Assembly: GCA_964016885.1 (NCBI GenBank)
Contig: OZ024742.1
Span: forward strand, 310,496,001 to 310,560,000
Direction of reading: 5' to 3'
DNA from: Eledone cirrhosa
Taxonomy: Eukaryota
DNA length: 64,000 nt
Shown here: piece after piece, positions 11,061-26,259 of the stretch
Layout of the letters: every line of letters begins with the position of its first letter
Position numbering within the stretch: position 1 is the stretch's first letter
Notes under the pieces: model-generated
What the model was told of the DNA's origin: nothing
Seen by the model: only the letters and a program-made list of their open reading frames with translations
The model's database searches: none
Program-made: the position numbers and the translations under genes

Positions 11061-12894
11061 GTAAATCAAAAGATCTAGAAAAAGTCATTTATGGTTATAA
11101 ATTTCATTCATATAAAGTGTTTCTCCATTAACCACAATAGTTTTGTCTATTTAGAACGCATCCTCCTGCTTATTGCTATTTCAATTTCTTCTGTCATGTG
11201 GTTTCCACATTGGATTAGTAAAATCAACAGAAAGGACAATATAATACAAGCCAGAGATCCAAAACGTCATTGCAAATTAAAATATATTTGATTGACCTAT
11301 AATTCGGCATACATCGTGACTTCATCAACTTAAACACGGTAGGTAAGACCACCTAGCTACCTCCCACGCACCGACAGCACTCAGCGTAGGATGAAGCCAT
11401 ATCACTCCAGGTAATTGTACCATTTCGTGCCATTTATGCATGAAAGTCAAATGATAGGAATCGTTGTTTATTTTCGAAACTAAAGGTTGAGACTATTTTA
11501 ACACATCGCCAAAACCGGTATGTATAATAACGATGATTTATTTTCCTTGGATATCAAAACGATATTGGAAAATTAGTTACATTTATAGATCTGTTGAAGA
11601 CATAAATATATTTTATTGTCGTTTGAATGGAAACAACATATTTCGCCTGGGAATATAATATGTTTATATACCTATATATTTTTCCTCGTGTGAAACATAT
11701 TAAGGTCGCTTTACACATATAGCGTAAACACTATGTACCACAATCCGTAAACACTGACTTCGAAAACACACAATACAACCGTTGAAATATAAAACTGCCA
11801 CCGTTCATCAATAAAACCAACACGATTGTCTATTTTATATATATATATACAAACTAAAGGGCTCTTACCTCGTGTCTAGGGTATTTAAAACCCAGTGGAG
11901 CCCATCTCTCTCTAGATCGATACAGAGCTGTTTTCTCCCAAAGAAATAAAAGGGGATAGAAGAAGAACCAATCTGTAAGTCACATTGAAAATCGGTATCG
12001 ATAATTGTGGTTCATTCACACAGTTTTCGCCGAACCAAATTTCACCCAAATATTGGCGACTCAATCATATCATATTTTGTTTGTCTGATATAAAACATCT
12101 GCCATCAAACCAGAGAATACTGCGATTTAAGATTTAATGTTTATAATGGTATTATTACAATCACAGACCACGTAACAATATTGCAGATTTGTGACTAAGT
12201 GTTTAAAAAACAAGGCTGAGAAATATGTTCAGCATTTTAATTTTAATTTCTAAAATAAAATAATCCCTGTGGAAACCGAAGCAATTGTTACGAGGAGTGG
12301 AGTGTCGGAAAAACAAGTTTACGCTGTTTAATTCGACAAAGTAATTTGATTTAATTCAATTAATTACATTTAATTAGAAACGAAGTAAAATAATTTTCTA
12401 AGAGGAAAAAAATAATATCGTCCCAAATTCATTACAGAAATACATTTAAGTCTGGTGTGTGTCGCCTAAAACTATTTCGTTGATACTTCACATATCAGTT
12501 CTATTATTCATATGGCAATGGTTCGAATACCTCTTTCAAAATATATTGTTATTCATACCTATTCTTTACAAAATAATTTTCATTCGCATTTGTCTAGTAT
12601 TTTCTGAAAAAGGTTTTAAAAGATCGTAGTTGGTATGTTCATGGCTTAGTCAGACGAAGAATGGCAACACCCATAGCTTCCAAAACTGGTGATAGAAAGA
12701 GAAGACATTTCTAAACCGGAAATCTGGCCTAAATACTTACAACACATTTTTAATATGCGCACAAGCCCACAAATTTTACAGGGAGAGGAAAATTGGTCTA
12801 AAGTGGCCCCATTAATTGACATGATTAGATTACACATGTTATTTTGTTCGACGTTCTTCAAATTCTACTCGTCTCTACCTATCCAATAAATGCT

Positions 12895-13042
12895 TTTAAT
12901 ACAGGCCAGGCAATCTCAGTATTTAACTGGTACTTTTTATTTTAGCTACCCAAGATGGAGGAAAGACAAGGTTGACCTCGGCGAGATTTGAACTCGGCCG
13001 TAACGAAATTCTACAAAGCATTCTGTCAAACGCTCTAACGAG
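12895..13042 (-). mobile_element. Diverged SINE-A-related copy
   Basis: ACTGGTACTTT..GTTGACCTCGGCGAGATTTGAACTC (B box and body). Confidence 0.6.
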
Positions 13043-13678
13043 TTGATCATATATAGAGTGTTTGAGGTTGACCTGGAGATAAACAACAGTATCAACACAA
13101 GCACTTTTGAAAGCTCTAGCGATAAGTTTTGCTTATGATAGTTATGAAGTTTTTATTTTATTTTTACTATTTAATAATGGAGTGAAGGGAGGTGTCTATA
13201 ATTAAATTTAGAGCATCCAATACCGGTAGGAAAGGAAGAGAAGAAAGTGTCCTCAAACCGGAGACCTGGCCCAAATACTTGCAACAGAGAGGACACTGAT
13301 AAAGGCACCAAATGACCGACTGGTTGTGTTATACAGGGCGACAAATTACATCTATCACACAATGATGCTTTAATTGTTTTATTAATGACAGGCATGTGAA
13401 TATTTATTGAGGTAGGGTTTTGTGGGCAACGATGTCTTAATCGTGTGTTAAAGTCAGAAGGATAAATGTTTATTGAGGCAGGGTACTGTGCGTATTATCA
13501 ATTAAAACTATCATGGGTTTAGGTATTTTATAGACTCGAAGGCATGAGAAACATACTGGAACTCCTGTGAGATTTCAATTATGAACTAAAAACACCAGGC
13601 TAAATATTATAAGACATTTAATCAGGCAAGCTACAGTTTCAGTCGACTAGCGGCGTTATGAGTCATGTTATCAGTATC

Positions 13679-13794
13679 TATGATGATGACGATGATGATG
13701 ATTGTGTGATGGTGTGATGATGATGGTGATGATGGTGATGATGACGTTGATAATGATGATGATGACGTTGATAATGATGATGATGACGTTGATA

Positions 13795-13853
<59 letters not shown>

Positions 13854-14076
13854 AAAGTGGTGGTGGTAATGATGAAGGGGACGACGATGATGATAGTCGT
13901 GATGGTGAGAATGATTGCTGGTGATGAAGATTTGGATGGTGAGGGGATTATGTCGATGACGAGGGTCGTTGTGGTGATGGTGGCGATTTTAGAACTACTG
14001 CTGTTGGTGAAGTTGCTGATGATGTATATGATGATGATTATAATGATGATTATGTTGATGATGATGATGATTATGT

Positions 14077-14135
<59 letters not shown>

Positions 14136-14174
14136 ATGATGATGTAGATGATAATGTAGATGATGATGATGATA

Positions 14175-14229
<55 letters not shown>

Positions 14230-14240
14230 CGACGACGATG
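13679..14240. repeat. (GAT)n microsatellite field
   Basis: Direct reading. Confidence 0.95.
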
Positions 14241-15153
14241 GTGCTGGCTGTGTTAATTAACGATGGTGATTGTAGATAAATATATTGTTGTTGTTGATGA
14301 TTAAAAGGATGATGATGATGAACTAAAAGTGGAAGAGTGGGACCGTTTTCCTTAAATCATAGTTTTGAAAATTTATATTTCTAATGAGTAGGAAGATAGA
14401 AGGATTTACTTTTACTATTTTGCGGCCAGTAACATTCGGAATCGTTTGGAATTCTCAAATGTTATCGGAAATAACTTGCACAGTGTCAGTGGTTTGTAAG
14501 GTAGTGATTTATCACAATGAAATACAACCTTTTTCAGAACGATGTCCATAAAATTTATGATGAAAACCTCATGTGTCATCAGATATCAATTTATCTTTTA
14601 TTGCATAATGAAACACAGCACGATATAAAGCTAGCCGTGGACCACCCAAAACTTTGACATGGATCACGGTGTATATATCACTGGTTTAACTGATAAAAGC
14701 AACACCAGTACACTAGCTAGAGAGTCGAACTGACTAATGCAAATGCATCTCGTCCGGGACTCATCTGTTTCTACATAATAACATATAAGCTATATCAAAT
14801 TTTATAGAAAAATTAATAAACTACTGTGAGTTAAACTGCTAGGGGAAATGAAAATCTGACGATTTGGACGTTTGTACTTCTTCGAAGAGTAAAAATATAC
14901 ATTAATTTCTGCCAACACAGACTACCATAACATTCTGTTTGGATTCTGGTGCTGACATTATAAACCGTATGATATTGGATTCTTTCCTGTGTACATTTTC
15001 TACTGTACATCTTGGTACGAAGCACCTGATGGTGGTCAATGATTACTTCCACCCAAATGTAATAAAAATAGAAGTATGGAATATACACGCTAAAGTTCAG
15101 ATTAATGTTCCAGAAAGTTACGCTCTACTAAAGAACAACTCATCCCAGACATT

Positions 15154-15215
<62 letters not shown>

Positions 15216-15339
15216 TTACTATTACTACTACTACCTCTCGCCGAGGTTAACTTTGCCTTTCATCCTTACGGGGTCGATAAAATAAAGTACCAGTAATGTA
15301 CTGGGTAATTGCTGGCCTTGTGCCTAAAGTAGAAACAAT

Positions 15340-15397
<58 letters not shown>

Positions 15398-15536
15398 GCT
15401 GCTGATACTACTACTACTAGTAGTAGTAGTAGTAGTAGTAAGAAGAGGCGGCCGAGGTGGAGGACAAAAACAGCAGCAGCACCACCTCCAACAGTAGCAG
15501 CAACAGCAATAGCTACTGTAGTAGTAGTAGTAGTAT

Positions 15537-15584
<48 letters not shown>
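15154..15584. repeat. (CTA)n and (TAG)n tracts with a SINE-A 3' half (+, 15238-15340) embedded
   Basis: Direct reading; the SINE tail AGAAACAATT runs into (ACT)n. Confidence 0.9.
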
Positions 15585-15585
<1 letters not shown>

Positions 15586-16449
15586 CACTCGCTTGTGTTG
15601 GGCCGAATTACGTATGACTATGGCATAAATTACATTCCCAAGCTTCCATGCAGTCAATTCGATCCGAGAACTTACGATATCGAAGCACACATATTCACCA
15701 CATGAAAATGTTTGCTAACACGTATGGTAAAAAGAAGAAAAATATTTTCCACATCAACTGGAATTTCCTAATTAAAACATACAACAACTCTATCCTGTTT
15801 CCTCACTAGATAATTGGTATATTTTTGGTATAGTTATTGGTCTTGATCAAAGATGTTTGAATTGTGATATCGCATAAAGTATTGCTCTAAATTTTATTGC
15901 ATTATACGTATTTGAATATCTATATTCTATGGTTAGTGGATGAATGGTTAAAGAGTTTTCTTGGCAATCCTTAAGTCTCGGGTTATTTACCATTAGGCAG
16001 CATCTTTGCCCATTATTATTTAATATAGCCTCGAGTTAACCCATGTGAGGGAGATTAGGTAGATGGAAACTGTTTATGAATCTTTTCCGAACTGTACCTG
16101 TAACTGAAAGGGCCAACCTTTTCACACCTTTCAAGCTGAAACTCCTTAAAAAATACGTTAAGGGTACTCGTACCTGTGGTGTGCTCAACCAGTTGCGCAA
16201 TAATTTCATAAGCAGACCGTTCTATCGGTCGAACAACCAGAACACACCTCCTCGAAACCGACGGAGTTCCATTCCATTATATTCTCTGGTTTAGATACTG
16301 TTCTTCACGGTATAGAATTTTGAAGCCATATACATAGACTATAATTGTCCGTGTGAAGATACACATTTATTTAAAATGTTAGATAATATTTTACGTGGTG
16401 ATAATTTCTCACGTTAAAATCTTTCTATAAATAAAACATTATATGCAAT

Positions 16450-16730
16450 TGTTGGATTTCTATCCTGAATTTAACTTTCATGTGGCTGCACATCTCACAG
16501 ACACGTATAGAATTAACGTAATTCTCTGAAGATGAATTTCAGTATGATGCTGCGTGTAACGAGGCTAGCTATTTGAGCAGGTACAACTCATTTTTGCCTG
16601 CTGAGTGGACTGTAGTAACGTAAAAACGGAAAACTGTCTTACTCAAGGACACAAGACGTCGTCAGAAACAGAACTTATGGCCTTGTAATCATGAGCTAAA
16701 CATCCATTACTACTAAATGACACACCTCCA
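16450..16730 (-). mobile_element. SINE-B (second tRNA-derived SINE family), diverged
   Basis: CTCAAGGACACAA and GCTGAGTGGACTG-like blocks shared with 40560-40820 and 50865-51170. Confidence 0.55.
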
Positions 16731-16756
16731 CAAAACGTTATTTACTTTGATTAAAG

Positions 16757-17982
16757 GGAGGTGGATAAAAAGCATCGGTAGAGCGTCGAATAACATATAT
16801 TGCGGAATAAAGTTACGTCTCTTTATGTTCTGAGTTCAAATCCCACCGAGGTTAACTTTGCCTTTCATCCTTACGGGGTCGATAAAATAAAGTACCAGAA
16901 ACACACAGGGGTCGATATAATCGAATGTCCCCTCCTCAAAGATTGTTAGCCTTGTATCTAAACCAGAAACCATTATTAGGGCGATGGATTGGCGGTATCG
17001 GTACAGCGTCTGACAACATGCTTTGCGGCATAGAATTACGGCCCTTTACGTTCTAAGTTCAGATCCCGCCGAGGTTAGGTTTGCCTTTCATCCTTACAGG
17101 GTCAATTAAATCGAATGCCCTCTCCTCGAAAATTGTAGACCTTGGGTCTAAATCAGAAACCATTACATACATTGACTATATCTACTTGTATATTTATGAA
17201 ATTGAGTCTACTTAGTGTCGCAAAATTATTGAAATTTATAAATTAAAGAAATGCTTATAATTAATGAATTTCTCGTCTAGACACGTTTACCGATTTAATA
17301 ATCTTGCTTGCTGATGGGGTTTGTTTTTATAGAAATTAGGGTGGTGGTTTGGCAGTATCGGTAGAGTATCATACAACATGCTTTGTGGCATAGACTTACG
17401 GCCCTTTACCATCTGAGTTCTAATCCCGCCAAGGTTAGCTTTGTCTTTCATCCTTACGGGGTCGATAAAATAAAGCACCAGTAATGCACTGGGGTCGATT
17501 TAACCGAATCACCTTCCACAGAATTGCTGGCCCTGTGTCTAAATCAGAAACCAATCGGTGGAGTGTCGGACAATATGCTTTACGACATAGAGTTACGGTA
17601 CTTTACGTTCTGAGTTCAAATCCTGCCGAGGTTAGCTCCACCGTTCATCCTTACGGAGCCAATAAAATAAAGTACCAGTAATGCACTGGCGTCAATTTAA
17701 TCAACTTCCCCTCCCCAAAATTGTTGGCCCTGTGCCTAAATCAGAAACCATTATTACATATGAAATTAGGGCGGCGGAGTTATAATATCAGTAGAGCTTC
17801 GGACAATGTGCTTTACGGAATAGAGTTACGGCCCTTTACATTCTGAGTTCTATTCCCGCTGAGGTTAGCTTTGCCTTTCAGAGTTACGGGGCGGATGAAA
17901 TAAAGTACCAGTAATGCACTGGGGTCGGTATAACCGACTTCCCCTCTCGCAAATTGTTCGCTTAGCGTCTAAATCAGAAACA
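16757..17982 (+). mobile_element. Tandem cluster of five SINE-A copies (about 16757, 16978, 17338, 17556, 17768)
   Basis: Each has an A-box-like TGGCAGTATCGG and/or B box GAGTTCAAATCC, the CCTTTCATCCTTACGGGGTCG body and a ..AAATCAGAAACCATT tail. Confidence 0.88.
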
Positions 17983-18194
17983 AAAAGAATTATTATTTTA
18001 AAGTAAAAAAAAAAAGTAGAAAGAATTATTGCAGATGAAATTAAATTGTTCAGGACATTTGTACAGAATCTTTCATCAATTTGAATTTGTCACGAGTAAA
18101 ACTTTAACTTTCTCCTTTAAATTGTGTTGAGGTATTTAGATTTGTAATATAACACGTTTCAAGATTATGCATTATTTATATTTTTGAGAGATCA

Positions 18195-18457
18195 CAGCTC
18201 CGATACTATGGGCATGTAGTTAGAATGTCTCAAGAAAGAATCGCTGGACAGATTTTACGGGCACGACCAACCGACAGCAAACCCAGTGGGTAGATACCGA
18301 GCAGGATGTTTGGGTAATATCCATGAGTTTGACTGGTCTCGCTTGGGGATCCAGCCGGATCAGTTGGAGACGGTTGCTCCAGATAGAACCCACTGAAAGG
18401 AGATTTTGAGGGCTTTACCCCACCGACCCTCTCAGGAATAAGTGGGTGAAGAAGGAC
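18195..18457 (+). mobile_element. 3' end of an RTE-clade LINE
   Basis: QLRYYGHVVRMSQERIAGQIL..P, then WSRLGIQP..LETVAPDR, LPHRPS; followed by (CA)n. Confidence 0.7.
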
Positions 18458-18485
18458 AAACACACACACACACATATACACACAC

Positions 18486-18517
<32 letters not shown>

Positions 18518-18741
18518 ATATACATTCATCTTTCATCGGAAGATAGAATGAGAGATGGAAGAAAAATAGAAAGATAAAATTTGAAATATTGTTTTTCTCA
18601 GGAGAAAAACAGGTGTCTATTTAATTCCATATAAATATGTGTGTGTGTGTGTGTGTGTGTAAAACAAGCCACATGGTTGCAAAGCGTACTTCTTAACCAC
18701 TCAGCTAACCTGTTCCCATATAGAAATACACACCACACACG

Positions 18742-18861
<120 letters not shown>

Positions 18862-19832
18862 CATAGTCACAAAGAATAGAAACAGCACTAAATATATGAT
18901 ACAGAGATTATTTATTTAGAAACAGATGTTTATTCCCTCAAAGTTCCTCAGCATAGACGACTGTTCAACAAGTTTGTAGTTTTAACAACTACATGTCCCT
19001 ATGAACATGGATTAGATTCGCAGCGGTAAGAAATCATTTCGGCGCCCTGCATTTCACATTAGCCCAAAAATGCATGCACCGATCTTCCAGATTATAATAC
19101 TAACGCTCAATAATATATAGATAATTTAACCACATATATATATATTTGGATAAATATAATTGTAATTTTACATCTAGTATTGGGTGTACTTTTGACTGTC
19201 GTTACTAGTACCATTATATATATATATATATATAATATATTATTGAGATTATATATATTATTGAAATCATTGCTTTGATTTGTCTCTTACTCCAGAGACA
19301 GCTCTTTGGCTTAATAATATTATATATATATACGTTAAATATCTAACCTAATCGAGAATGGTTGTCCATTTATCAATTCCAAGACACTAAGAATTCGAGG
19401 AGTAAAATTGCTCTACCATTAAATGTAATCCAAGGATACCCGATTCGACAGTCTTCCGCCATTCCGATACGCGGATCATTCAACTAGATCTATTAGTGTT
19501 CGGGTTTGCTTCACACACCGACTCACCGAAATGTACTCTTTTTCTGAGAGCAAAGTCATATTCTTTTTTCAAACCTTCACACCACACGGTCTCAATTCAC
19601 AACACCTCTCTTATTTTATAATTATATATATATATATTATTCTTTTATTGGTATAAATCATTAAAGCACGACCATGTTAGGGCTCCATCTCAAATAGGTG
19701 TTTGTAGATAATATCGACACCAGGATTTATTTTATCGATCTGTTGCGTTAACCGCTAAGTTACGGGACATAAACACACACACACACAGTTATACATACAT
19801 GTTAATTTCTGTCGCATCGACTTAGTCTAATG

Positions 19833-20036
19833 GATTCTGATTTAGGCACAAAACCAACAATTTTGGGGTGGGGAAATCAACTCCAGTGTATTACTGGTAC
19901 TTTATTTGATCGACTTCGTAAGGATGAAAGGCAAAGCTAACCTCAGCGGGATTTAAACCCAGAACGTAAAGAGCCACAACTATATGCCGCAAAGCATGTT
20001 GTCCGACGCTCTACCAATACTGCCAATCAATCGCCC
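19833..20036 (-). mobile_element. Full-length SINE-A
   Basis: Head, B box, body and tail all present. Confidence 0.88.
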
Positions 20037-21157
20037 TTTCATCAACTTAGTATAATAATATATGTAGTTATCCGGTAATTTTAATTATTCAACGGCAAAT
20101 GCGAAGATTGATTGACTCATACGGTATCAGTAGCCTTGTCACATATTTGTTCATGTTGAATCTCCCTGAAAATTCCGTTGTTCGGACAACTAGAAAACTC
20201 ATCCTCGAATCCGAACAGTTCCATCATCTTAAATTCCAGTAGGTATTATATCTAACAGCAGTAATCCTTGCTAGAAAAGGTAAAAACTTCCTCACAATCT
20301 GCCGTGAGAGTAGCTTAGAAAATATTGGTATAACATTCTAATGTTCCATTATAAGTAAGTCGAAGTTTCTAAATGTCAAGATGTTATCAGTATTACAACT
20401 ACATTGTAACGGACATTGGTAGTCTAGTTAAGATGAAGTTATATGTCAAGAAAATGTTTATATTATCATTTATAGTCATTCCCAACACCAGACCCTAAAC
20501 AAGTACTTAATTCGTTAAGAATTTTAGTAGTAAAAGAATAAAAGAGATTTTAATAAGACGTTGTCCTTGATGTCAGAAAATAAAGAGTGATGATTTTAAA
20601 GAATTACGATTATACCCTTTTAGGAAAACAAGAAATATGAAAAGAATTCTATGAGTCGTTCGTGAAATGAAACTGCTCGAGCAGTAATTCTTCTTACAAG
20701 AGAGGACAAATACAGTGAAAGAGTAAGAACCTTGTAGAACTATGAGTCACTCTGTTACCAAACGAGAATCACATGAATTGTCGATAGAATAACGACCATA
20801 GAAGAATTTATAGAAGAGAGAGGAATTGAGGTTTAGTTGCCAAACAATGTTAGAAACACGCTTTTAAGTTTAGTCAAGGAAATATAGAGCCAAACACCGT
20901 AATGGCTATAAACAGAAACTAAAATTTGAAAAATCTATGAACAGAACTTATTCTATTGCAATGTAGATATTGATACACACAGCCCAATAACGTCTTAAAT
21001 ATGTATAACCACGATATTTGTGAATTAATACACGCTAAAATGTGTATATATTTATATATTTATATTATGTGAATCTTAATTTGAATATTATTTATGAGAT
21101 GGTTGGTTTCTGAGATATGCTTCACATTTTCCCCATTTCCGTTATTGTTTATATAAT

Positions 21158-21324
<167 letters not shown>

Positions 21325-21547
21325 TTCTCATAGCTTTAAAAGACACATCGAAGTCTTAATTTAATTCCCTACACCTTCCTTTCTCTAGAATACAGCCCAC
21401 TTGTTCAAGTATTCTCATTTAACTACCTCACGCACCTTAGCATTAACAATGCCCTCTCTTCCACCAGCTCAATTACTCCTAAAACATGAACAACGCAGGG
21501 TGGTTGTCGATGTCACTCGTGTGCCATAGGCAAAAGGCAAACAGCGA

Positions 21548-22310
21548 AATTGGCTCAATTCCGTGCCCTCTTCAGCACATGAAACTCTTCTTGTTTATGA
21601 GAGCACCTGCACCGAAATAGCCTTGCATCTTAGCATCTGCGTGTGTGAACCACACACATGACATTGCAGAGCCACTGTCGATCAGTTTCGACTAGATCCG
21701 CTCTTTTTTCGCCTCAGTGCAGTCTGTTTCCCATCGCACACGACTTTGAATGTAAGCATTATGATAAAACTTAACGCCGCCGGTATCCATTTAAACTGGA
21801 GCCTGTCAGCTTCGACTTCGGTATTGGTAATCGCACAAACGGAAAGCAAGTTTCTCAACTGGGTTACCATATACTGTGACACGTTCTTTGAGTCAACTTC
21901 GTTTCGTCAATGCCCGCAATAAGGAGGAGCGGAAAATAACAAAATACCACGAATTTACACACCGTTCCCTTTTTATGCTGGTCACCAAGGAGACCGTTGG
22001 GGTTCTTAGTCCTCCGACGGTCATTTTACCTCCGCCCAATCGGGAGGAGGGCCTCACATTCGAGAAAATTGTCCCAGAATGTGGAACGTTGATACAAAAT
22101 TAATTGCTTCTACTTTTGGTACAAGGCCAGCAATTATCCCAGTGCATTACTGGCACTTCATTTTATCGACCCCGTATGGATGAAAGGCAAAATTAACATC
22201 GACGGGATTTGAACTCACCGTAAATGGGAGTAACTCTATGATGCAAAGCATGTCGTTCGACGGCAGCTCTCCCCAGCAATGCCTTCGCCATGTATGTGGA
22301 GCGCTGCAAC
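21548..22310 (+). mobile_element. Degenerate CRE-clade RLE retrotransposon C-terminus, interrupted by SINE-A (-, 22103-22262)
   Basis: NWLNSVPSS..IALHLSICVCEPHT*HC..TVD..SH..LN..LNAAG..EERKITKY..ETVGVL..SNAFA resembles the CRE pattern WLxAxP..ALRLG..C.PH.C.CG..RH..LN..ExxKxxKY..ETxG..GNA. Confidence 0.6.
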
Positions 22311-22627
22311 TGAGATAAATCTGTTTTGCTTTCTCGATTTTCTAAATTGTATTTTTAATATGCTAGAATCTTTTCAACAAGCTGACACGTATCTGTATAT
22401 ATGTGTGCGTGTTTGTATGTGCATAAGCCTACATTTATATGTATGAGTATATAAATATAATCGCGCAAACATAGACACACTTACAAAAATATGCATTCAC
22501 ACACATACATTCATACAAATACACATACATTCACACACGCACATACATACATTTACACAGACACACACATACACGCCATTTTGCTATATATTTTTTATCA
22601 CCAACTTCCTTCCTCTTACGCACAAAT

Positions 22628-22658
<31 letters not shown>

Positions 22659-23077
22659 CACACACACATTGTATGACGGACGGAAGTCGCTCAAATTTAT
22701 ATATAGATTAGTCAATGAAATTATACAAAAAAAAAACAAAAAAAACAACAAATAAACAATTTAACAATAAATTTAATATAATCATTCCAATTAACATGTC
22801 AGCGAAATATATGTATCTTGCATCTTGCATTGCTACGTTTGTAGAGATATCTGTGTGGTCACAAGATTAGCGAGTTGAATATTCAATAGTATGATGAACT
22901 CGAATGTAAATATAACTATCACACATATTTGAAAGGCGCAGTTTATTTTCCTTTCTATGAGGGGACATATTTCTCGTACCAAAAATAATTTTGCCGGCTG
23001 TAAAATGCAACCCTCCATATACATGCCTGTGTATGTGTGTTTGTAAATAGATATGTATGTATATATTCATATATAAA

Positions 23078-23114
<37 letters not shown>

Positions 23115-23241
23115 CCTATCTATCTGTCTGTCTGTCTGTCTCTCTCTCTCTATATATATATATATAGGTACATATATATATATGTATATATATATATTCA
23201 TATGTATCTATCTATCTATATACATACATACGTACACATAT

Positions 23242-23298
<57 letters not shown>

Positions 23299-23299
23299 T

Positions 23300-23385
<86 letters not shown>

Positions 23386-23864
23386 CTATATATGGTGTAA
23401 TCATGTGTTTATATATCGAAAATTTATCCCATTTGTCATCATGCTAAACTTAGCCATATTCAGTGAGAAACTTGTTTCTTTGATTTCTTTCGCCGTTAAA
23501 GACCAACGCCCTAACTTTTAGAATATACAGTTACTTTATAATGAGACGCTTGTAACAAACACAGTAGAACATATAACAAAACATAACAAAAGTTTAAACG
23601 AAAACAAAATCAGTGAGGATTTTAATATCATGAATATATAAAGATAGAAATAATGATAAGAATAATAAATATAATAATATATATTTCTCACGTATTTGTG
23701 AAACCAAATATATATATATATGAGTGTGTGTACATATATGTATATATATATATGTGTATATATATATATATGCGTGTGTGTGTGTCTATGTATATACGTA
23801 TTTATATGTATGTATATATATGTATATATATATATATGCAGATATATGTGTGTGTGCATGTATA

Positions 23865-24097
<233 letters not shown>

Positions 24098-24664
24098 ATA
24101 ATTAACGCTCTATTTCTCGGTTAAAAAATAATTTTAAAGATCGGTTAATTCTTGATTTAACCCATAGAGGACATGGGGCTCAACCCTCTCCAGATTGGAA
24201 CAGCTGATGTTTTCCAGACAAAGAAAGGGAGAGACAGTGATAGACAGTGGTAGAAGAATTGACTCAGTTATTAGAAAACTACTTTATTTATCGACCGCAA
24301 ATGATAAACGGGAAAGTTGACTTCAATAGGATTTGAACTGAGATCACAGCGAACTGGATTAAATATCGAAGCAGGTTTAATCCGTCGCACAAACGATTCT
24401 GCAAATTTCAGGATTACAAAGTTAAAATTACTTAGAGAAAAACCCCTCCAGAGTCCGTGTATATGTGATAATTAAACTTGCTAAATATAGCAATCAAATA
24501 TCCGTCTATCAGACCAAATTGACTAAAACACGGAGAAACTGAATACTGTAGATTTAGACGTATATAACCATTGGATGATAATTCTTGGAATGTCTTTGAT
24601 CATGTGTTCTTGTATTAGTGCAAACATGGGTTACACTACAAAACGACGATGGCGACGTCGATGC

Positions 24665-25590
24665 CACCACAACCACTATCAACATCACCACCAACAATAA
24701 CAGACAACGACGATGCTTCCACAACTACCATCAACATCACCCCACAACCACCACCAACATCACCACCATAAACACCATCAAAATCACCACCACAACGACC
24801 ATCAACATCACCACCAAAACTACCACCAACATCACAACCACAACCACCGTCAACATCACCACCAAAACCACCATCATCATCACCACCAAAACCGCCATAA
24901 ACATCACCACCATCACCACCACAATCACCATCAACATCACCACCAAAACCACTATAAACGTCACCACCATCATCACCACAACCACCATCAACATCACCAC
25001 CACAACCACCACCAACATCACCACCACAACCACCACCAACATCACCACCAAAACAACCATCAACATCACCACCAAAACAACCATCAACATCACCACCAAA
25101 ACAACCATCAACATCACCACCACAACCACCACCAACATCACCACCAAAACAACAATCAACATCACCACCACAACCACCACCAACATCACCACCACAACCA
25201 CCACCAACATCACCACCAAAACAACCATCAACATCACCACCACAACCACCACCAACATCACCACCAAAACAACCATCAACATCTCCACCACAACCACCAC
25301 CAACATCACCACCAAAACAACCATCAACATCACCACCACAACCGCCACCAACATCACCACCAAAACAACCATCAACATCACCACCACAACCACCACCAAC
25401 ATCACCACCAAAACAACCATCAACATCACCACCACAACCACCACCAACATCACCACCAAAACAACCATCAACATCACCACCACAACCACCACCAACATCA
25501 CCACCAAAACAACCATCAACATCACCACCACAACCACCACCAACATCTCCACCACAACCACCATCAACATCTCCACCACAACAACCAACA
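24665..25590. repeat. ACC/ATC-based minisatellite, 24-bp units alternating into a 48-bp higher-order unit
   Basis: Repeats of ACCACCAACATCACCACCAAAACA and ACCATCAACATCACCACCACAACC. Confidence 0.9.
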
Positions 25591-25867
25591 ATAACAGCAG
25601 AAAATTGCACATTGTTGAAATAAATAAAACTATTCACGATAGACACGCCTTTGATCATAATACTGCATAAGTAAAGTAAAAAGGATTTTATGAACAATTG
25701 TGATAAGAGTTAAAAACACAGCCGACAAGACAGCCATTAACTACTTGCTGCATTAATGTACTCCTATTAATAATGATTTCATACATGTTACCTCTAGGCG
25801 GGGAAAAGACAGAGTTCGTAGACTGGGGCTAATCAACAACACATGGTTTCGTCTTTGCACACATAAT

Positions 25868-26259
25868 GATTTCTAGTATAGGCACAAGGCCAGTTACTGG
25901 TGCTTTATTTTATCGACCCCGTAGAGATGAAATGCAAAGTTAACCTCTGCGGGATTTGAGCTCAGACTGTAAAGGACCGTAACTCTACGCTGAAAAGCAT
26001 GGTGTTCGACTCTACCGATACTGCCAGGCTTAATTATCACATATACACGGACTCTGGAGGTTTCCTTCTCTAAGTAATTTTAACTTTGTAATCTTGAAAT
26101 TTGCAGAATCATTTGGTCGACGGATTAAACCTGTTTCGATATTTTACCCAGTTTGCTGTGCTCTGAGTTAAAATCTTATTGAAGTCAGCTTTCCTGTTTA
26201 TCATTTACGGTCGATAAATAAAGTAGTTTTCTAGTAACTGAGTCGATTCTTCTACCTCT
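25868..26259 (-). mobile_element. Chimeric insertion: SINE-A (25868-26027) joined to an inverted copy of local DNA; 17-bp TSD
   Basis: GTCTTTGCACACATAAT at 25851-25867 and 26260-26276; 26030-26259 is the reverse complement of about 24246-24475. Confidence 0.8.

Noticed and set aside
16757-17982. Regularly spaced repeats superficially like a CRISPR array or tRNA cluster
   Set aside because: Units are about 200-bp diverged SINEs; no unique spacers, cas genes or cloverleaf
24618-25697. 290-353 aa Thr-rich, His-rich, Val-rich and Gly-rich ORFs (mucin-like)
   Set aside because: Four frames are open only because the minisatellite lacks stop codons; there is no non-repetitive domain or exon context
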